Source of the DNA: a virus
Lineage: Duplodnaviria; Caudoviricetes
DNA: 64,000 bases
Strand: one strand, 5' to 3'
IMG/VR virus record: IMGVR_UViG_3300037067_027643
Coordinates: 128,001-192,000 of that record
The notes under the pieces are model-generated. The model worked only from the letters and a program-made list of their open reading frames with translations. It ran no database searches and was not told the DNA's origin. Below, piece after piece: positions 29,639 to 40,640 of the stretch. Made by a program: the position numbers and the translations under genes. Position 1 is the first letter of the stretch, and each line of letters begins with the position of its first letter.

Positions 29639-30262
29639 ATGGACCAATACCACAATAAATTAGCCTTTTACACTAGAGATAAACGTTTATATATTCTCAT
29701 AATAGATAATGTCAATAATAGTACTGGTATGGTCTATTTCAAACCTAATGAAGCTTATAGACTAAGAACCGATTTAACCTTTGGTCAATATGAAACTACT
29801 AAAACAAATCTTTCAAATTTTCCAATTGGAATGAAGATGGATCGATTACCGGGTGGAAAAGCTATATTAATGGAAACAGTTAAATACTCAAATGTTCCTA
29901 CACTTTTACAATCAGAAAAACTTAGACAATGGTTAGCTAATCGTTTTAATTATGAATCTAAACGACAAAAATTAGAAAAATTAATAGAAAATACAATTAG
30001 ACGAATATTAAAAGAAGAAAGTGCATTAGTAGCTCCTAATAAAAATTTATGTTTAACTGATTTTAATGCTGTTATTAATTTAGGAGATAAACTTCAAAAT
30101 ATCACAACTGGAGTAGAATTTACTGTTGATAGTATAGAAAATGGAATCTTAACAGGAACAATAATTCAATCTGGATATGAATCACTTTCACAACTTGGAA
30201 AAGAAATTAAGGTTGGATTAAATCTTATTGGAAATAAATACAAAATAGTAAACAAAAAATAA
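29639..30262 (+). CDS. Hypothetical protein with internal LEKLIENTIRRILKEE motif
   Basis: ORF track. Confidence 0.5.
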   Translation: MDQYHNKLAFYTRDKRLYILIIDNVNNSTGMVYFKPNEAYRLRTDLTFGQYETTKTNLSNFPIGMKMDRLPGGKAILMETVKYSNVPTLLQSEKLRQWLANRFNYESKRQKLEKLIENTIRRILKEESALVAPNKNLCLTDFNAVINLGDKLQNITTGVEFTVDSIENGILTGTIIQSGYESLSQLGKEIKVGLNLIGNKYKIVNKK

Positions 30263-30266
30263 ATAA

Positions 30267-30539
30267 ATGGAAACAAAAAAAGTATCATCAGAAGATTTAA
30301 AAAAATTAACAGACTTAGAAGAAACTTATCAACGTATAACTATCGAACTTGGTCAGAACTATGTAGAAAAAATGTTAACTGAAATACATTTAAATGATCT
30401 ATTAACAGTAGAAGAAAATTTAAAAAATCTTTGGTTTGAAACAGAAAAAACACAAGATGAACTACATAAATATTTTACTAAAACTTACGGCGAAGGTGAA
30501 ATAAATATCGAAACAGGAGATTGGACACCAAAAATCTAA
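30267..30539 (+). CDS. Small coiled-coil protein
   Basis: C-terminal YGEGEINIETG motif. Confidence 0.55.
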   Translation: METKKVSSEDLKKLTDLEETYQRITIELGQNYVEKMLTEIHLNDLLTVEENLKNLWFETEKTQDELHKYFTKTYGEGEINIETGDWTPKI

Positions 30540-30637
30540 AATTATTTTCGTTACTCTTAATTTTTACAAAAATTTTTTACTATTTATATAATATAAAAAA
30601 TTTTTTATTTAATAACTAAAATTAGGAGTAATTATTC

Positions 30638-33481
30638 ATGAGTCAAGAAAGAATTGTCAGTCCTGGTGTATTTACGAGAGAAAATGATATCACGTATTTA
30701 CCTCAAGGAGTTGGAGAAATTGGAGCAGCTATTATAGGACCAACAGAAAAAGGTCGAGCATTTGTTCCAGAAAAAATATATAGTAACACAGAGTTCACAC
30801 AAAAATATGGTGGTAAGACTGACGAGTCTTATACCGCTTTTGCTGTAGAATCTTATTTACAAGATGCAGGTAATATTACAGTAACCAGAATACTTGGATT
30901 AGATGGATATACCGAAAACACAATACCATTAATTATCAATACCACAACCGGAAGTTTCTTAGCTGGAGTATTACATCCAAGTAGAACAGTTGATAGTGAT
31001 ACTGCGTTTAAATCTACATTCTTAGCAAGTGCAAGTTTTTCTAGTTCATACAACGGATATGATTATGCTGGTAGTGCTATGACAACTTTAAATGTTAATA
31101 TCAATAAAGGTGGTACATTATTAGTAAGTGGGTTAGCAGGAACATTAGCAGGAACATTCTATAGTGCAAATTCAGATGGAATGATTATCAGTGCTAGTGG
31201 AGCTAATATCGTAGTAAGTGGTTCTCTTAGTGGATCTGTAATAGGATCTGTAATAGGATTAGAAAACGGAACAGCAATAACAGAATCAAGTTATACATTT
31301 ACTGGTAGTTTATTTAGTGGTAGTATAGGTGGAGCAGCTAACTTAGAAGTAGTTGACGGATTATTTGGTGTATCTACTGTAACTACATCAACAGTAGCAA
31401 GTGGTTTATATACAATGACAGCAGGAACTACAAGTGGATCAGTTTCTACAGTAGCAGCTCATTTTACATCATCGGTAATACCAGATGCAGTTGGAGCAGC
31501 TTTTGTAAAAGGAAATAATATTATATTTGCTAGTGATTTCTTTTTTACATTAAAAGATGATCAATACCCATTATCATTAGATCCAACTAGTGTAAATTAT
31601 ATTGGTAAAGTTTATGGTTATAGCCCTAAAACAACATTAAATACTTCATTTGCAGAAGATAAAGATAAAGCTTATAATTATTTATTATTTGAAAATAAAT
31701 TAACATCATTAGTAGGATTAGATACCAATGCAACTGTATCTACTGCATCGGTTAATATTAATTTATTAGGTGACCAATACATGCCAGCAGAAACTCCTTG
31801 GATTACTTCACAAATATTAGGTGGTAAAGCGCATAATTTATTTAAAGTAGTTACATTAGGTGATGGTAATTATTCTAATAGTGAAATTAAAATTGGTATT
31901 CTTAATGTTAAAAAATCCGGTGAAGTAGGTGGAACAAATTATGGTTCATTTAGTTTAGTTGTAAGAACAGTAAGTGACACAGATAAACAACAAAATGTTA
32001 TAGAAACTTATAGTGATTTAAATTTAGATCCAACCAGTCCTAATTATATCTGTAGAGTAATAGGTGATAAATATCCTACTTTTACAGTTGATACTGAAGG
32101 AATGAGTAGAATTATAATGACAGGAGATTATGATAATAAATCTAAATATATTAGAATAGTAATAGATGATAATGTAAAATATCAAGCTTACGATGCTTCA
32201 TTAGTTCCTTGGGGATTTAAAGCTTATTATACTCCATTTAATGCAACTGCGTTAGGTAGCAATACCGTTCCTCCAGTAACTTATACAACAGATCAAACTT
32301 ATAATTCTGAATACAATAGTAGAGTATACTATGGATTTAATTTTGATTTTGTAAACACTGATAACGATTATTATTTAAATCCAATTCCAAGTGGTTCTAC
32401 TGTAGGTGCTAATATTGATTTCAACTTAGATAATATGACTGGTAATGTCGATAGTGGTTTTACTGGTTCATTATCAAGTGCTAGTTCGTTATTAACTCAA
32501 AGAAAATTTGCTGTAGCATTCCAAGGTGGATTTGATGGTATTAGTCCTTCTAAACCAAAAGCAACTGCTGGAGATATTACTGCGACTAATACAATGGGAT
32601 ATGATTGTTCTACTGCTACAAGTGCTGGAACAAAAGCTTATAGTTATGCTTTAGGATTATTAAGTAATCAAGATGAATATGATGTTAATATGTTACTAAC
32701 ACCTGGTATTATAAAACAATTACATCCATCAGTTGTAAGTAAAGGTATCGACATGGTAGAAACAAGAAGTGATGTATTTTATATATTTGACTTAGTAAAA
32801 TTAACAGAAACTAATCTTGGAACAATTGTAAATGAAGTATTAGGTTTGGATTCAAGTTATGCAGCAACTTACCATTGTTGGTTAAAAGTATTAAATAGTG
32901 ATAGTAATCAACAATTTTGGGTACCACCATCAGTATTGTTAGCAGGTGTAATTGCTTATAATGATAAAGTAGCTTACGAATGGTATGCTCCGGCTGGATT
33001 AAATAGAGGAGGTATTACTGCTGCTGTTGATATTTATACTAAACTTTATCAAAGTGATAGAGATACATTGTATGACAACAGAATTAATCCAATCGCTTCA
33101 TTTCCTAATACTGGTATAGCTGTTTGGGGACAAAAAACATTACAAGTAAAAGCAAGTGCTTTAGATAGAATAAATGTAAGACGTTTATTAATAAAAGCTA
33201 AAAAATATATTGCTTCTATATCTAAGTATATTGTATTTGAACCATCTGTTAATGCTACATGGAAACAATTTTCTAATAATGTTAATCCATACTTGGAAGG
33301 AATACAATCAAAATATGGTTTATATACATTCAAAGTACAAATGGATGCAAATAACAATACTGGAGATGTAATTGATAGAAATGAAATACTCGGGCAGCTA
33401 TGGTTACAGCCCACAAAATCCGGCGAAAAAATTATTTTGGAATTTAATGTAACAAATACTTCTGCAATTTTTAACGGTTGA
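30638..33481 (+). CDS. Tail sheath protein (gp18-like)
   Basis: SPGVFTREND, IIGPTEKG, WYAPAGLNRG, WGQKTL, LDRINVRRL; late motif 30579-30588; AGGAG 30624-30628. Confidence 0.95.
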   Translation: MSQERIVSPGVFTRENDITYLPQGVGEIGAAIIGPTEKGRAFVPEKIYSNTEFTQKYGGKTDESYTAFAVESYLQDAGNITVTRILGLDGYTENTIPLIINTTTGSFLAGVLHPSRTVDSDTAFKSTFLASASFSSSYNGYDYAGSAMTTLNVNINKGGTLLVSGLAGTLAGTFYSANSDGMIISASGANIVVSGSLSGSVIGSVIGLENGTAITESSYTFTGSLFSGSIGGAANLEVVDGLFGVSTVTTSTVASGLYTMTAGTTSGSVSTVAAHFTSSVIPDAVGAAFVKGNNIIFASDFFFTLKDDQYPLSLDPTSVNYIGKVYGYSPKTTLNTSFAEDKDKAYNYLLFENKLTSLVGLDTNATVSTASVNINLLGDQYMPAETPWITSQILGGKAHNLFKVVTLGDGNYSNSEIKIGILNVKKSGEVGGTNYGSFSLVVRTVSDTDKQQNVIETYSDLNLDPTSPNYICRVIGDKYPTFTVDTEGMSRIIMTGDYDNKSKYIRIVIDDNVKYQAYDASLVPWGFKAYYTPFNATALGSNTVPPVTYTTDQTYNSEYNSRVYYGFNFDFVNTDNDYYLNPIPSGSTVGANIDFNLDNMTGNVDSGFTGSLSSASSLLTQRKFAVAFQGGFDGISPSKPKATAGDITATNTMGYDCSTATSAGTKAYSYALGLLSNQDEYDVNMLLTPGIIKQLHPSVVSKGIDMVETRSDVFYIFDLVKLTETNLGTIVNEVLGLDSSYAATYHCWLKVLNSDSNQQFWVPPSVLLAGVIAYNDKVAYEWYAPAGLNRGGITAAVDIYTKLYQSDRDTLYDNRINPIASFPNTGIAVWGQKTLQVKASALDRINVRRLLIKAKKYIASISKYIVFEPSVNATWKQFSNNVNPYLEGIQSKYGLYTFKVQMDANNNTGDVIDRNEILGQLWLQPTKSGEKIILEFNVTNTSAIFNG

Positions 33482-33509
33482 TAATCAATTAGTTACATAT
33501 TGACCTTAG

Positions 33510-33541
33510 AAAAGGATATAATTAAGTTTATATCCTTTTTT
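33510..33541 (+). terminator. Intrinsic terminator
   Basis: AAAAGGATATAA-loop-TTATATCCTTTT plus T-tract after the sheath gene. Confidence 0.8.
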
Positions 33542-33583
33542 ATTTTTACTATTTATATATAATAAACAAATAACAATTATATC

Positions 33584-34069
33584 ATGTCAGTTAATGAAAC
33601 TATATCAATATTTACAAATATATTCAAAACAGAAAAATTTACATTATTACCAAAAATAAGTCCAAAACAAGGAAGACCACCATCTAAAAATAGAAAAAAG
33701 AGAAGTCCTAAAACTGGATATTATTTTAGCAAGATATTAAATGAATGGATTTGGTGTGATAGCAGTTGGGAAACAGCATGGATTATTTTCCAAGAGGATC
33801 ACAATATTCCATTTCAAAGAAACTATGATAAATTTCCTTATCAATATAAAAACAGAACACATCACTATATTCCTGATTTTAAGTTACCTACGGGTGTATA
33901 TATAGAAATTAAAGGAAGAGAATATGAACAAACTCCATATAAATATACAGCAATACCTCAAGAAAAACTTACCATTATTCGCAAAAAAGAAATGAAGCCA
34001 TATTTAGATTATGTAATTAACAAATATGGAACCGAATATTGGAAATGTTTAAAAGACAAAATAGAATAA
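33584..34069 (+). CDS. PD-(D/E)XK (TnsA-N-like) endonuclease, free-standing
   Basis: DSSWE, HHYIPDF, IEIKG; late motif 33548-33557. Confidence 0.75.
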   Translation: MSVNETISIFTNIFKTEKFTLLPKISPKQGRPPSKNRKKRSPKTGYYFSKILNEWIWCDSSWETAWIIFQEDHNIPFQRNYDKFPYQYKNRTHHYIPDFKLPTGVYIEIKGREYEQTPYKYTAIPQEKLTIIRKKEMKPYLDYVINKYGTEYWKCLKDKIE

Positions 34070-34086
34070 AAATTTGTTAAAATAAA

Positions 34087-34118
34087 TTTGGTAGTCTAAA
34101 ATTTTTTACTTATTTTTG
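34087..34118 (+). promoter_or_regulatory. Bacteroidota sigma-type promoter
   Basis: TTTG-N20-TATTTTTG. Confidence 0.75.
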
Positions 34119-34134
34119 TAAAAAATTAAAATAC

Positions 34135-34943
34135 ATGACTACTAAAAATGTTATCATAAAAACATGCAAACTTCACGGTATTACTGAACATTATCATCAT
34201 AAAACATCAGTTGTATATAAAAATAGTACATTTAAATATCGAGATGACTGTATTAAGTGTAAAAAGAAAAAGAGTAAATATTGGAGAGAGTTAAAAAAGC
34301 TAACATCCGATCCTAATATTCCACATGATAAAAATTATCATATAAAAGTACATAGTCTTAAACAAAGAATTAAATACTACACTGATATAAATGAAAATAA
34401 AAGAGTAAGATCAAAAGCTATCGAATATAATAAATCTCATCCAAAAGACAAAACTTATAATAAAAATAAATATCAAATACAAAAAGAACGTTATCATAAA
34501 GATCCAAAAATTAGAAAACGTAGAACGGAAATAAATATAAATTGGCAAAAGAAAAATTGGGATAAAATTCAAGAATATCATAAAGAATATTATAAAAACA
34601 ATCCAGATAAATATCACAAATCAAAGAAATAATGAAACAACCAATCCACTTAATAGATGACTTCGGAACTGTTTACTCCATTGTTAAAGTTCGAAAAGAT
34701 AGATTAAATATATACCAACTTAATTCTATCTACATAGATAAAAGTAATTACAAAATAAAATTCAAACTTTCTGAATGTAATAAAAATTATATTAAACAAT
34801 GTGGAATTAAACTTAAAGAGTGCAATCGAGAAACAGTATTGGAATATATAAAAAGAACTTGGAATCAGGTAAACCCAACTTATCCGGATTGGAATGAAAA
34901 GATTGAGATACTTTATAAGCAATTAAATAACCCACAACAATAA
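34135..34943 (+). other. Two early hypothetical CDS (34135-34632 basic, Cys/His N-terminus; 34632-34943)
   Basis: ORF track. Confidence 0.5.
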
Positions 34944-34960
34944 ATTAAAAATGAATTAAA

Positions 34961-35858
34961 ATGATAATAACCAAAGAAGATATATTAGAAGGTAATAAAC
35001 TATTAGCAGAATTCAAAGGATATAAATATTATCTTATAACAGAAGTAGAAGATACATATCATGCTGGATGGAAATTGACAAAGAATGCACATAGTTTGGA
35101 TAAATATGATACTACAGCTGGAAATGGACCATTTAAAAGATATTTAACTAGGAGCCACAATGGTTTACGATTCTATAATTCTTACGACTGGTTAATGCCT
35201 ATTTATTTAGAAATTAAAAATAATCATGAATATGGATGTCAATTATTTTGTATTTCAACTGATTATATAGAAGTAATAATAAATGATTTAAACTTAGGAA
35301 AATCAGTAATTACAAAATATTATTATAAAGATTTTTATTCAGAACTAACTGCATTGTGGTTTGCAATTGTAGAATTTATTAAGTGGTACAATAATTGGAA
35401 TAATTTAAGATAAATAAAAAATGAAAACAATATTAACACAACAAGAAATAATAGAAAGTAATAAATCAATTGCTGAGTTTATAGATTTGACACCACATAA
35501 TATGTTTCCCGATGAATTACAAGCACCTGATAATTTTGCATGGATGGCGATAAATGTAAATATTAATGCCGATTATCAAAAAGAATATAATGAATTTAAA
35601 GGATTTGAATATTTATTTAAATTTCATTCATCGTTTGATTGGTTAATGCCTGTTGTAGAAAAAATTGAATCATTAGGATTTCAATTTGATATCATTGGAA
35701 GACTATTACCAAATAGTAAAGAAAAAATGCATTTTATTTGGTTGTGGGACGATAACCAAGAAATTCATATTGAATGTCCCGAAATGGAAACTAAAAAAGA
35801 AGCAATTTATATTGGTTGTATCGAATTTATCAAATGGTATAATAATAAAAATAAATAA
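34961..35858 (+). other. Two tandem paralogous CDS (34961-35413, 35421-35858)
   Basis: Shared NK.[LI]AEF, F..S[YF]DWLMP and EFIKWYN motifs. Confidence 0.75.
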
Positions 35859-36030
35859 TAACAATGGGAATACTTATAGAAAAAGCAGTTGAAGTAATTG
35901 AAACAATCAAAAATAAAGATTATAAAATAGATAATATAGAACAATTTTGTAAACAATATAAATTAACAAAACATGAATTTGATTTTCTATATAATTGTAG
36001 CAAACCAAATAATAAAGAAGAAAATAAATA

Positions 36031-36432
36031 ATGAATACACTTTTATGGTTAGATGATTATCGTAATCCATTTGAAAATGATTGGTTGAATTTTAGTCCTA
36101 TACCACAACCGTTCACTATAATTTGGGTAAAATCATATAAACAGTTTGTCGATTATATTTACGATAATGGATTACCAACAGCAATCTGTTTCGACCATGA
36201 TCTTGGATTAGAAGTAGCAATTAAGGCTAGAGAAAAAGGAATGAGTAAAAGAGCAAGTAGAAAATTAAAACAATTAGAAAAGACTGGATTCGATTGTGCT
36301 AAATTTTTAGTCGATTACTGTATTGATAATCAATTAGATTTACCTAAATGGAATATACAATCTGCTAATCCAGTTGGCAAAGAAAACATTAATAGTTTGC
36401 TACTAAATTATCAAAAATTCAAAAATAAATAA
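36031..36432 (+). CDS. Cyclic-phosphate-processing receiver-domain protein
   Basis: LWLDDYR, FDHDLG, TGFDCAK, SANPVG. Confidence 0.7.
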   Translation: MNTLLWLDDYRNPFENDWLNFSPIPQPFTIIWVKSYKQFVDYIYDNGLPTAICFDHDLGLEVAIKAREKGMSKRASRKLKQLEKTGFDCAKFLVDYCIDNQLDLPKWNIQSANPVGKENINSLLLNYQKFKNK

Positions 36433-36439
36433 AAATAAA

Positions 36440-36471
36440 TTTGGTGGAGTGAAATATTTTTATTAATTTTG
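36440..36471 (+). promoter_or_regulatory. Bacteroidota sigma-type promoter
   Basis: TTTG-N20-TAATTTTG. Confidence 0.8.
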
Positions 36472-36523
36472 TATTCTTAATTCTAAATTTTAATTAAATC
36501 AAAATAAATTAAAAAGTAAAAAT

Positions 36524-36757
36524 ATGTCAAAGAAAAATAATTCTGAAAAAGTGATACGTTATCCAAATTATATATGTCTTTATTGTGGTAAAGACAAAGA
36601 AGAAAAATGGGATGATCATGAATCATATCATGAATGTGATTGTGATGATGCAAAAGAAGTTCGTAGAATTGATGAAGAAATTAGAAGACTAGAACAGCAA
36701 AAACCACAATATAAATATCGTTTAGATAAACAAATTGTTTTAAACAAAATAAACTAA
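36524..36757 (+). CDS. Small Cys-containing hypothetical protein
   Basis: CLYC...CDC. Confidence 0.5.
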   Translation: MSKKNNSEKVIRYPNYICLYCGKDKEEKWDDHESYHECDCDDAKEVRRIDEEIRRLEQQKPQYKYRLDKQIVLNKIN

Positions 36758-36769
36758 AAAAGTAAAAAT

Positions 36770-38929
36770 ATGATTGAATTTAATAATCAAGTCCAAGCAC
36801 AATTCAATAAAATGTGTGCAACAGGAAAACTGTTTAGAAGTAGTTTAACAGGACATCAAATCTGGGATCTTTATATTAATAGTTTTACCAAAGAACAAAA
36901 CCCAATATTCAGGGATCCAAGTAGTTCAACACATAATTGTAATTTATGTAAAAATATCATTCGTAGATACGGGAATATTGTAGCAATAGACGAAAATTAT
37001 GACATAATGACAATGTTTGATGTAACTGTCGATAAAGATAGTGAATATATTAATGTTGTTAAGATATTGAGTAAAGCAATTAAAAACGCTCCTATTTCAG
37101 AAGTATTCTTTGAAACATTTGATGAACTTAATTCATTACCTTACGAAAGTTGTTCTAAAAATCAAGAACGTTTTAAATTAGGTATTGACAAAAATGTTAA
37201 AAGATATACCAAAGAAGAAGCTGAATTGTACGGTGTGGTTAAACCAAATGAAATTCGTACATTTAATCATTTTCATTTATATTTACCAAAACAGTTTGTT
37301 GATATGAGTGGAAAGTCTGTAGAATCCTTAATGGGAGAATATAGAGATGCTAAAAATGTTTTTGAACGTGCTATGTTAGAAATTCCGGAGGATACATTAA
37401 ATCTTGTAAGAGACTTAATTAATCAAGGAAGTTTATTAGATGGACAAACTCATTTATACAAAATAGAACAGTTTATTCCGTTAAAACATCAATATGATAG
37501 ATTATCGGGTTCTAAATATACTTCTAAAATACAATTAAATAACTGGTGTTGGGAAACTAGTTACAAACTTCCATTTGCTAAATTTAAAAATGAACTTATT
37601 GGAGTATTGTGTAGTGAATTAGCAGAAGGTGAAGAACTTAATAAAGCTTGTCAAGCTTGGAATAAACGTGTTGACCCTGTTAATTACATGAAAACTACTG
37701 CCCCTATTACCAAGAAACAAATAGAAGAAGCTAAACAATTTGTTGAAGAAAACGGTTATACAGAATCTTTTAATAGAAGATTTGCTACTATTGATGATAT
37801 TAAGGCTTCTGAAATTAAACATATTAACGTAGGTGATGGAAAATTAAAATCTGTTTCCATATTTGATAATGTTAAATCGACAAGTACAAGACACAAAAGA
37901 AGTGAATTTGATGGAGTAGAAGAAGTAAGTATCGATAAATTTATGAGTGATATTTTACCATCTTGTACTTCTGTAGAAGCATTTCTGACAAATAAACATG
38001 ATGGAAATATGGTTTCACTTACTACAGCAAATGATAAAGAAAGTAAACCTATTTTCAAATGGAATAATAATTACTCTTGGACATTTAATGGAAACCTAGC
38101 CGGAAAAAGTCAAATTAAAGATGCTGTTGAAACTAAAGGAGGTAAAGTAGATGGTGTATTAAGATTTTCTATTATGTGGGGAGAAAATGATCCTTCTGAT
38201 AATTCTGACTTAGATGCATGGGCAAAAGAACCAAATGGAACGCAAATTGGATTTAATTCTGGCTATAGAAAAGATAGAGATAATAGAAGAACTACTATGT
38301 CAGGACAATTAGATATTGATATTATGAATCCAAATTCATTTCATAATAAAAATATTGTAGAAAATATTGCTTGGTCTAATTTATCTAAAATGCAAAATGG
38401 AGTTTATAAATTTTGGGTAAATCAATTTAATAACAGAGGTTCAAAAGGTTTTAAAGCTGAAATTGAATTTAATGGAGAGATTTATTCTTACGAATACAAT
38501 AAACCAGTAGCAGGTAATATAATGGTAGCAGAAGTTACTCTAAATAATGGAGAATTTAGCATTAAACATTTATTACCAGAAACAGCAAGTTCTAAAGATA
38601 TTTACGGATTACAGACTAACGAATTCCACAAAGTCAATTTAGTTTGTTTAAGTCCTAATCATTGGGATACAAATAATGTTGGCAATAAACATTACTTCTT
38701 TATGTTAGATGGATGTAAGTGTTCTACATCTATTAGAAGTTTTCATAATGAAAACTTAATACAGGAATTATTAAATCATAAAAGAGTATTAGAAATATTA
38801 GGAGCAACTAATATGATTAATCCTACAGACAAACAACTAAGTGGATTAGGATTTAATGCTACAATAAAAGATGAATTAATAGTAAAATTAAGTGGAAGTC
38901 ATAAACGAGTAATAAAAATAAAATTTTAA
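36770..38929 (+). CDS. Large phage protein with YfaP/DUF2135-like C-terminal domain
   Basis: HNCNLC; LRFSIMW...DLDAW...GQLDID...VENI; SPNHW...GNKHYFF. Confidence 0.6.
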   Translation: MIEFNNQVQAQFNKMCATGKLFRSSLTGHQIWDLYINSFTKEQNPIFRDPSSSTHNCNLCKNIIRRYGNIVAIDENYDIMTMFDVTVDKDSEYINVVKILSKAIKNAPISEVFFETFDELNSLPYESCSKNQERFKLGIDKNVKRYTKEEAELYGVVKPNEIRTFNHFHLYLPKQFVDMSGKSVESLMGEYRDAKNVFERAMLEIPEDTLNLVRDLINQGSLLDGQTHLYKIEQFIPLKHQYDRLSGSKYTSKIQLNNWCWETSYKLPFAKFKNELIGVLCSELAEGEELNKACQAWNKRVDPVNYMKTTAPITKKQIEEAKQFVEENGYTESFNRRFATIDDIKASEIKHINVGDGKLKSVSIFDNVKSTSTRHKRSEFDGVEEVSIDKFMSDILPSCTSVEAFLTNKHDGNMVSLTTANDKESKPIFKWNNNYSWTFNGNLAGKSQIKDAVETKGGKVDGVLRFSIMWGENDPSDNSDLDAWAKEPNGTQIGFNSGYRKDRDNRRTTMSGQLDIDIMNPNSFHNKNIVENIAWSNLSKMQNGVYKFWVNQFNNRGSKGFKAEIEFNGEIYSYEYNKPVAGNIMVAEVTLNNGEFSIKHLLPETASSKDIYGLQTNEFHKVNLVCLSPNHWDTNNVGNKHYFFMLDGCKCSTSIRSFHNENLIQELLNHKRVLEILGATNMINPTDKQLSGLGFNATIKDELIVKLSGSHKRVIKIKF

Positions 38930-38967
38930 AATCAAAGTAAATTAATAACAATTAAAAAATTAAAAAC

Positions 38968-39339
38968 ATGTACAAACAAGCAAGTAAATTAAATTTAAGA
39001 TATCAAACAACAGTTGGAATGGTATCTACAGATCAATTATGGGATCTAAATCAAAATCAATTAGTAAATGCTATCAAAGCAGTTAAAAAAGTACTAAAGA
39101 AAGATAATGATGATGAATTATCTTTTCTTGAAGATAATAAAACAGTAGATGTAGAAAATCAACTCAGATTTGATATATTAAAAGATGTTTATTTAACTAA
39201 AAAGAAAGAAGTCGAAGAAATCAGAAACGCGGCTGATATTAAAGCACATAATCAAAAAATTGATACATTAATTGCAGAAAAACAAGAAGGTATAATGAAA
39301 GATATGTCAATTGAAGATTTAGAAAAACTGAGAAAATAA
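38968..39339 (+). CDS. Phage protein, probable partner of the preceding gene
   Basis: LRY.T..G....DQLWDL motif; C-terminal coiled coil. Confidence 0.55.
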   Translation: MYKQASKLNLRYQTTVGMVSTDQLWDLNQNQLVNAIKAVKKVLKKDNDDELSFLEDNKTVDVENQLRFDILKDVYLTKKKEVEEIRNAADIKAHNQKIDTLIAEKQEGIMKDMSIEDLEKLRK

Positions 39340-39352
39340 TAAAACTATTTTA

Positions 39353-39394
39353 AAAAGTAGAAGTATATCAATTTATATTTCTACTTTTTATTTT
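39353..39394 (+). terminator. Intrinsic terminator
   Basis: AAAAGTAGAAGTATA...TATATTTCTACTTTT. Confidence 0.75.
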
Positions 39395-39418
39395 TAAGAT
39401 TAATTAAAAAATTATACT

Positions 39419-40591
39419 ATGAAGAAATTTGATGTTTACCATATATTTCTACTTGATACATGGTTATTTAATATTGCTGTAGGAGACTATAACATTTTTA
39501 ACGAATGGATAAAAAAGAATAATTATAATATTGAATACTTTGATAGATTTGATTTAGTTGAAGAAGACTATGAACAAATAATGTATGACGGAGAATTATT
39601 AAATTTATATAAAATTATTTCGAATAATCCAGAATAATTTTGTATATTAAAAATTAAAACAAAATTTTATGAAAACAATTAAAGATTTTAAATATTGGTT
39701 GAAAGGTTATTTAGATGAAGCTAAGAAAAATAATTTTACTATGGATAAAATTATTGATGATATAGCTACTCAAGTAGAACAGTTAACAGATGAATTAAAT
39801 ATAAATAAAATAGAAAAAATTGTTAAAAAAGAAATAGATAAAATTCCATATAAACCATTTGAATTTGATAAAGACATTCCAAATCCATATAACAATATAG
39901 TTACGATGTATGGTTGTAATCCAAGTCCATTTAAATTTAATGATGGACATACATCTATAACCAGTACAAATTATAATTCAGATAATGATAAAAATAATAT
40001 TGAATAATTTATGGAAGAACAAGAAAATATGACTCATTTTAAATCAATTAGAGAAATAATTGAATATATTTTTACTTATCAAACTAAAAAATATTCTGTA
40101 GAAGATAAATATATTAATATGATTCCAACTAAAGAATTATTAGAATTGTTAGAAGCAACAGAAGATAATGGTTTAGATATTTTTGAAAAATAAATTAAAA
40201 ATTTAAAATAATGGAAACAAACAACAAAGAAATAATATTTAATATTCCAACCGGATATGAAATAGATAAAGAAAGAACAACAGATAAACAAGTTGTATAT
40301 AAATATAAACAACAAAATGTTGAACTAGAAATCACAGAATTTTTATTTGAATTGTTTAATGGACTAACAATCGATTTGAAATATAATACAGATTATATTA
40401 CTTACAAAAAAGATGGATATATTTACTTACAATATAATTTAAGAGATAAATGCTTATATTATAATTATATTAAAATTTATTCAGTTTTAGAAAAAACATA
40501 TCAAATTAAAGATATAGATATCAATAAATTAGTAGGTTGTATAGTGTTTAACATATTAAAATTGAAGGCTGACTTGATTAAATTTTGTTAA
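39419..40591 (+). other. Four small hypothetical CDS (39419-39637, 39669-40007, 40011-40193, 40211-40591)
   Basis: ORF track. Confidence 0.5.
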
Positions 40592-40640
40592 GCATTCTAA
40601 AAATAATAAAAACATTTATTGTTAACTAAATAAAATATTA

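Noticed and set aside
31232-31259. 12-nt tandem repeat in the sheath gene
   Set aside because: Just encodes GSVIGSVIG in a low-complexity region.
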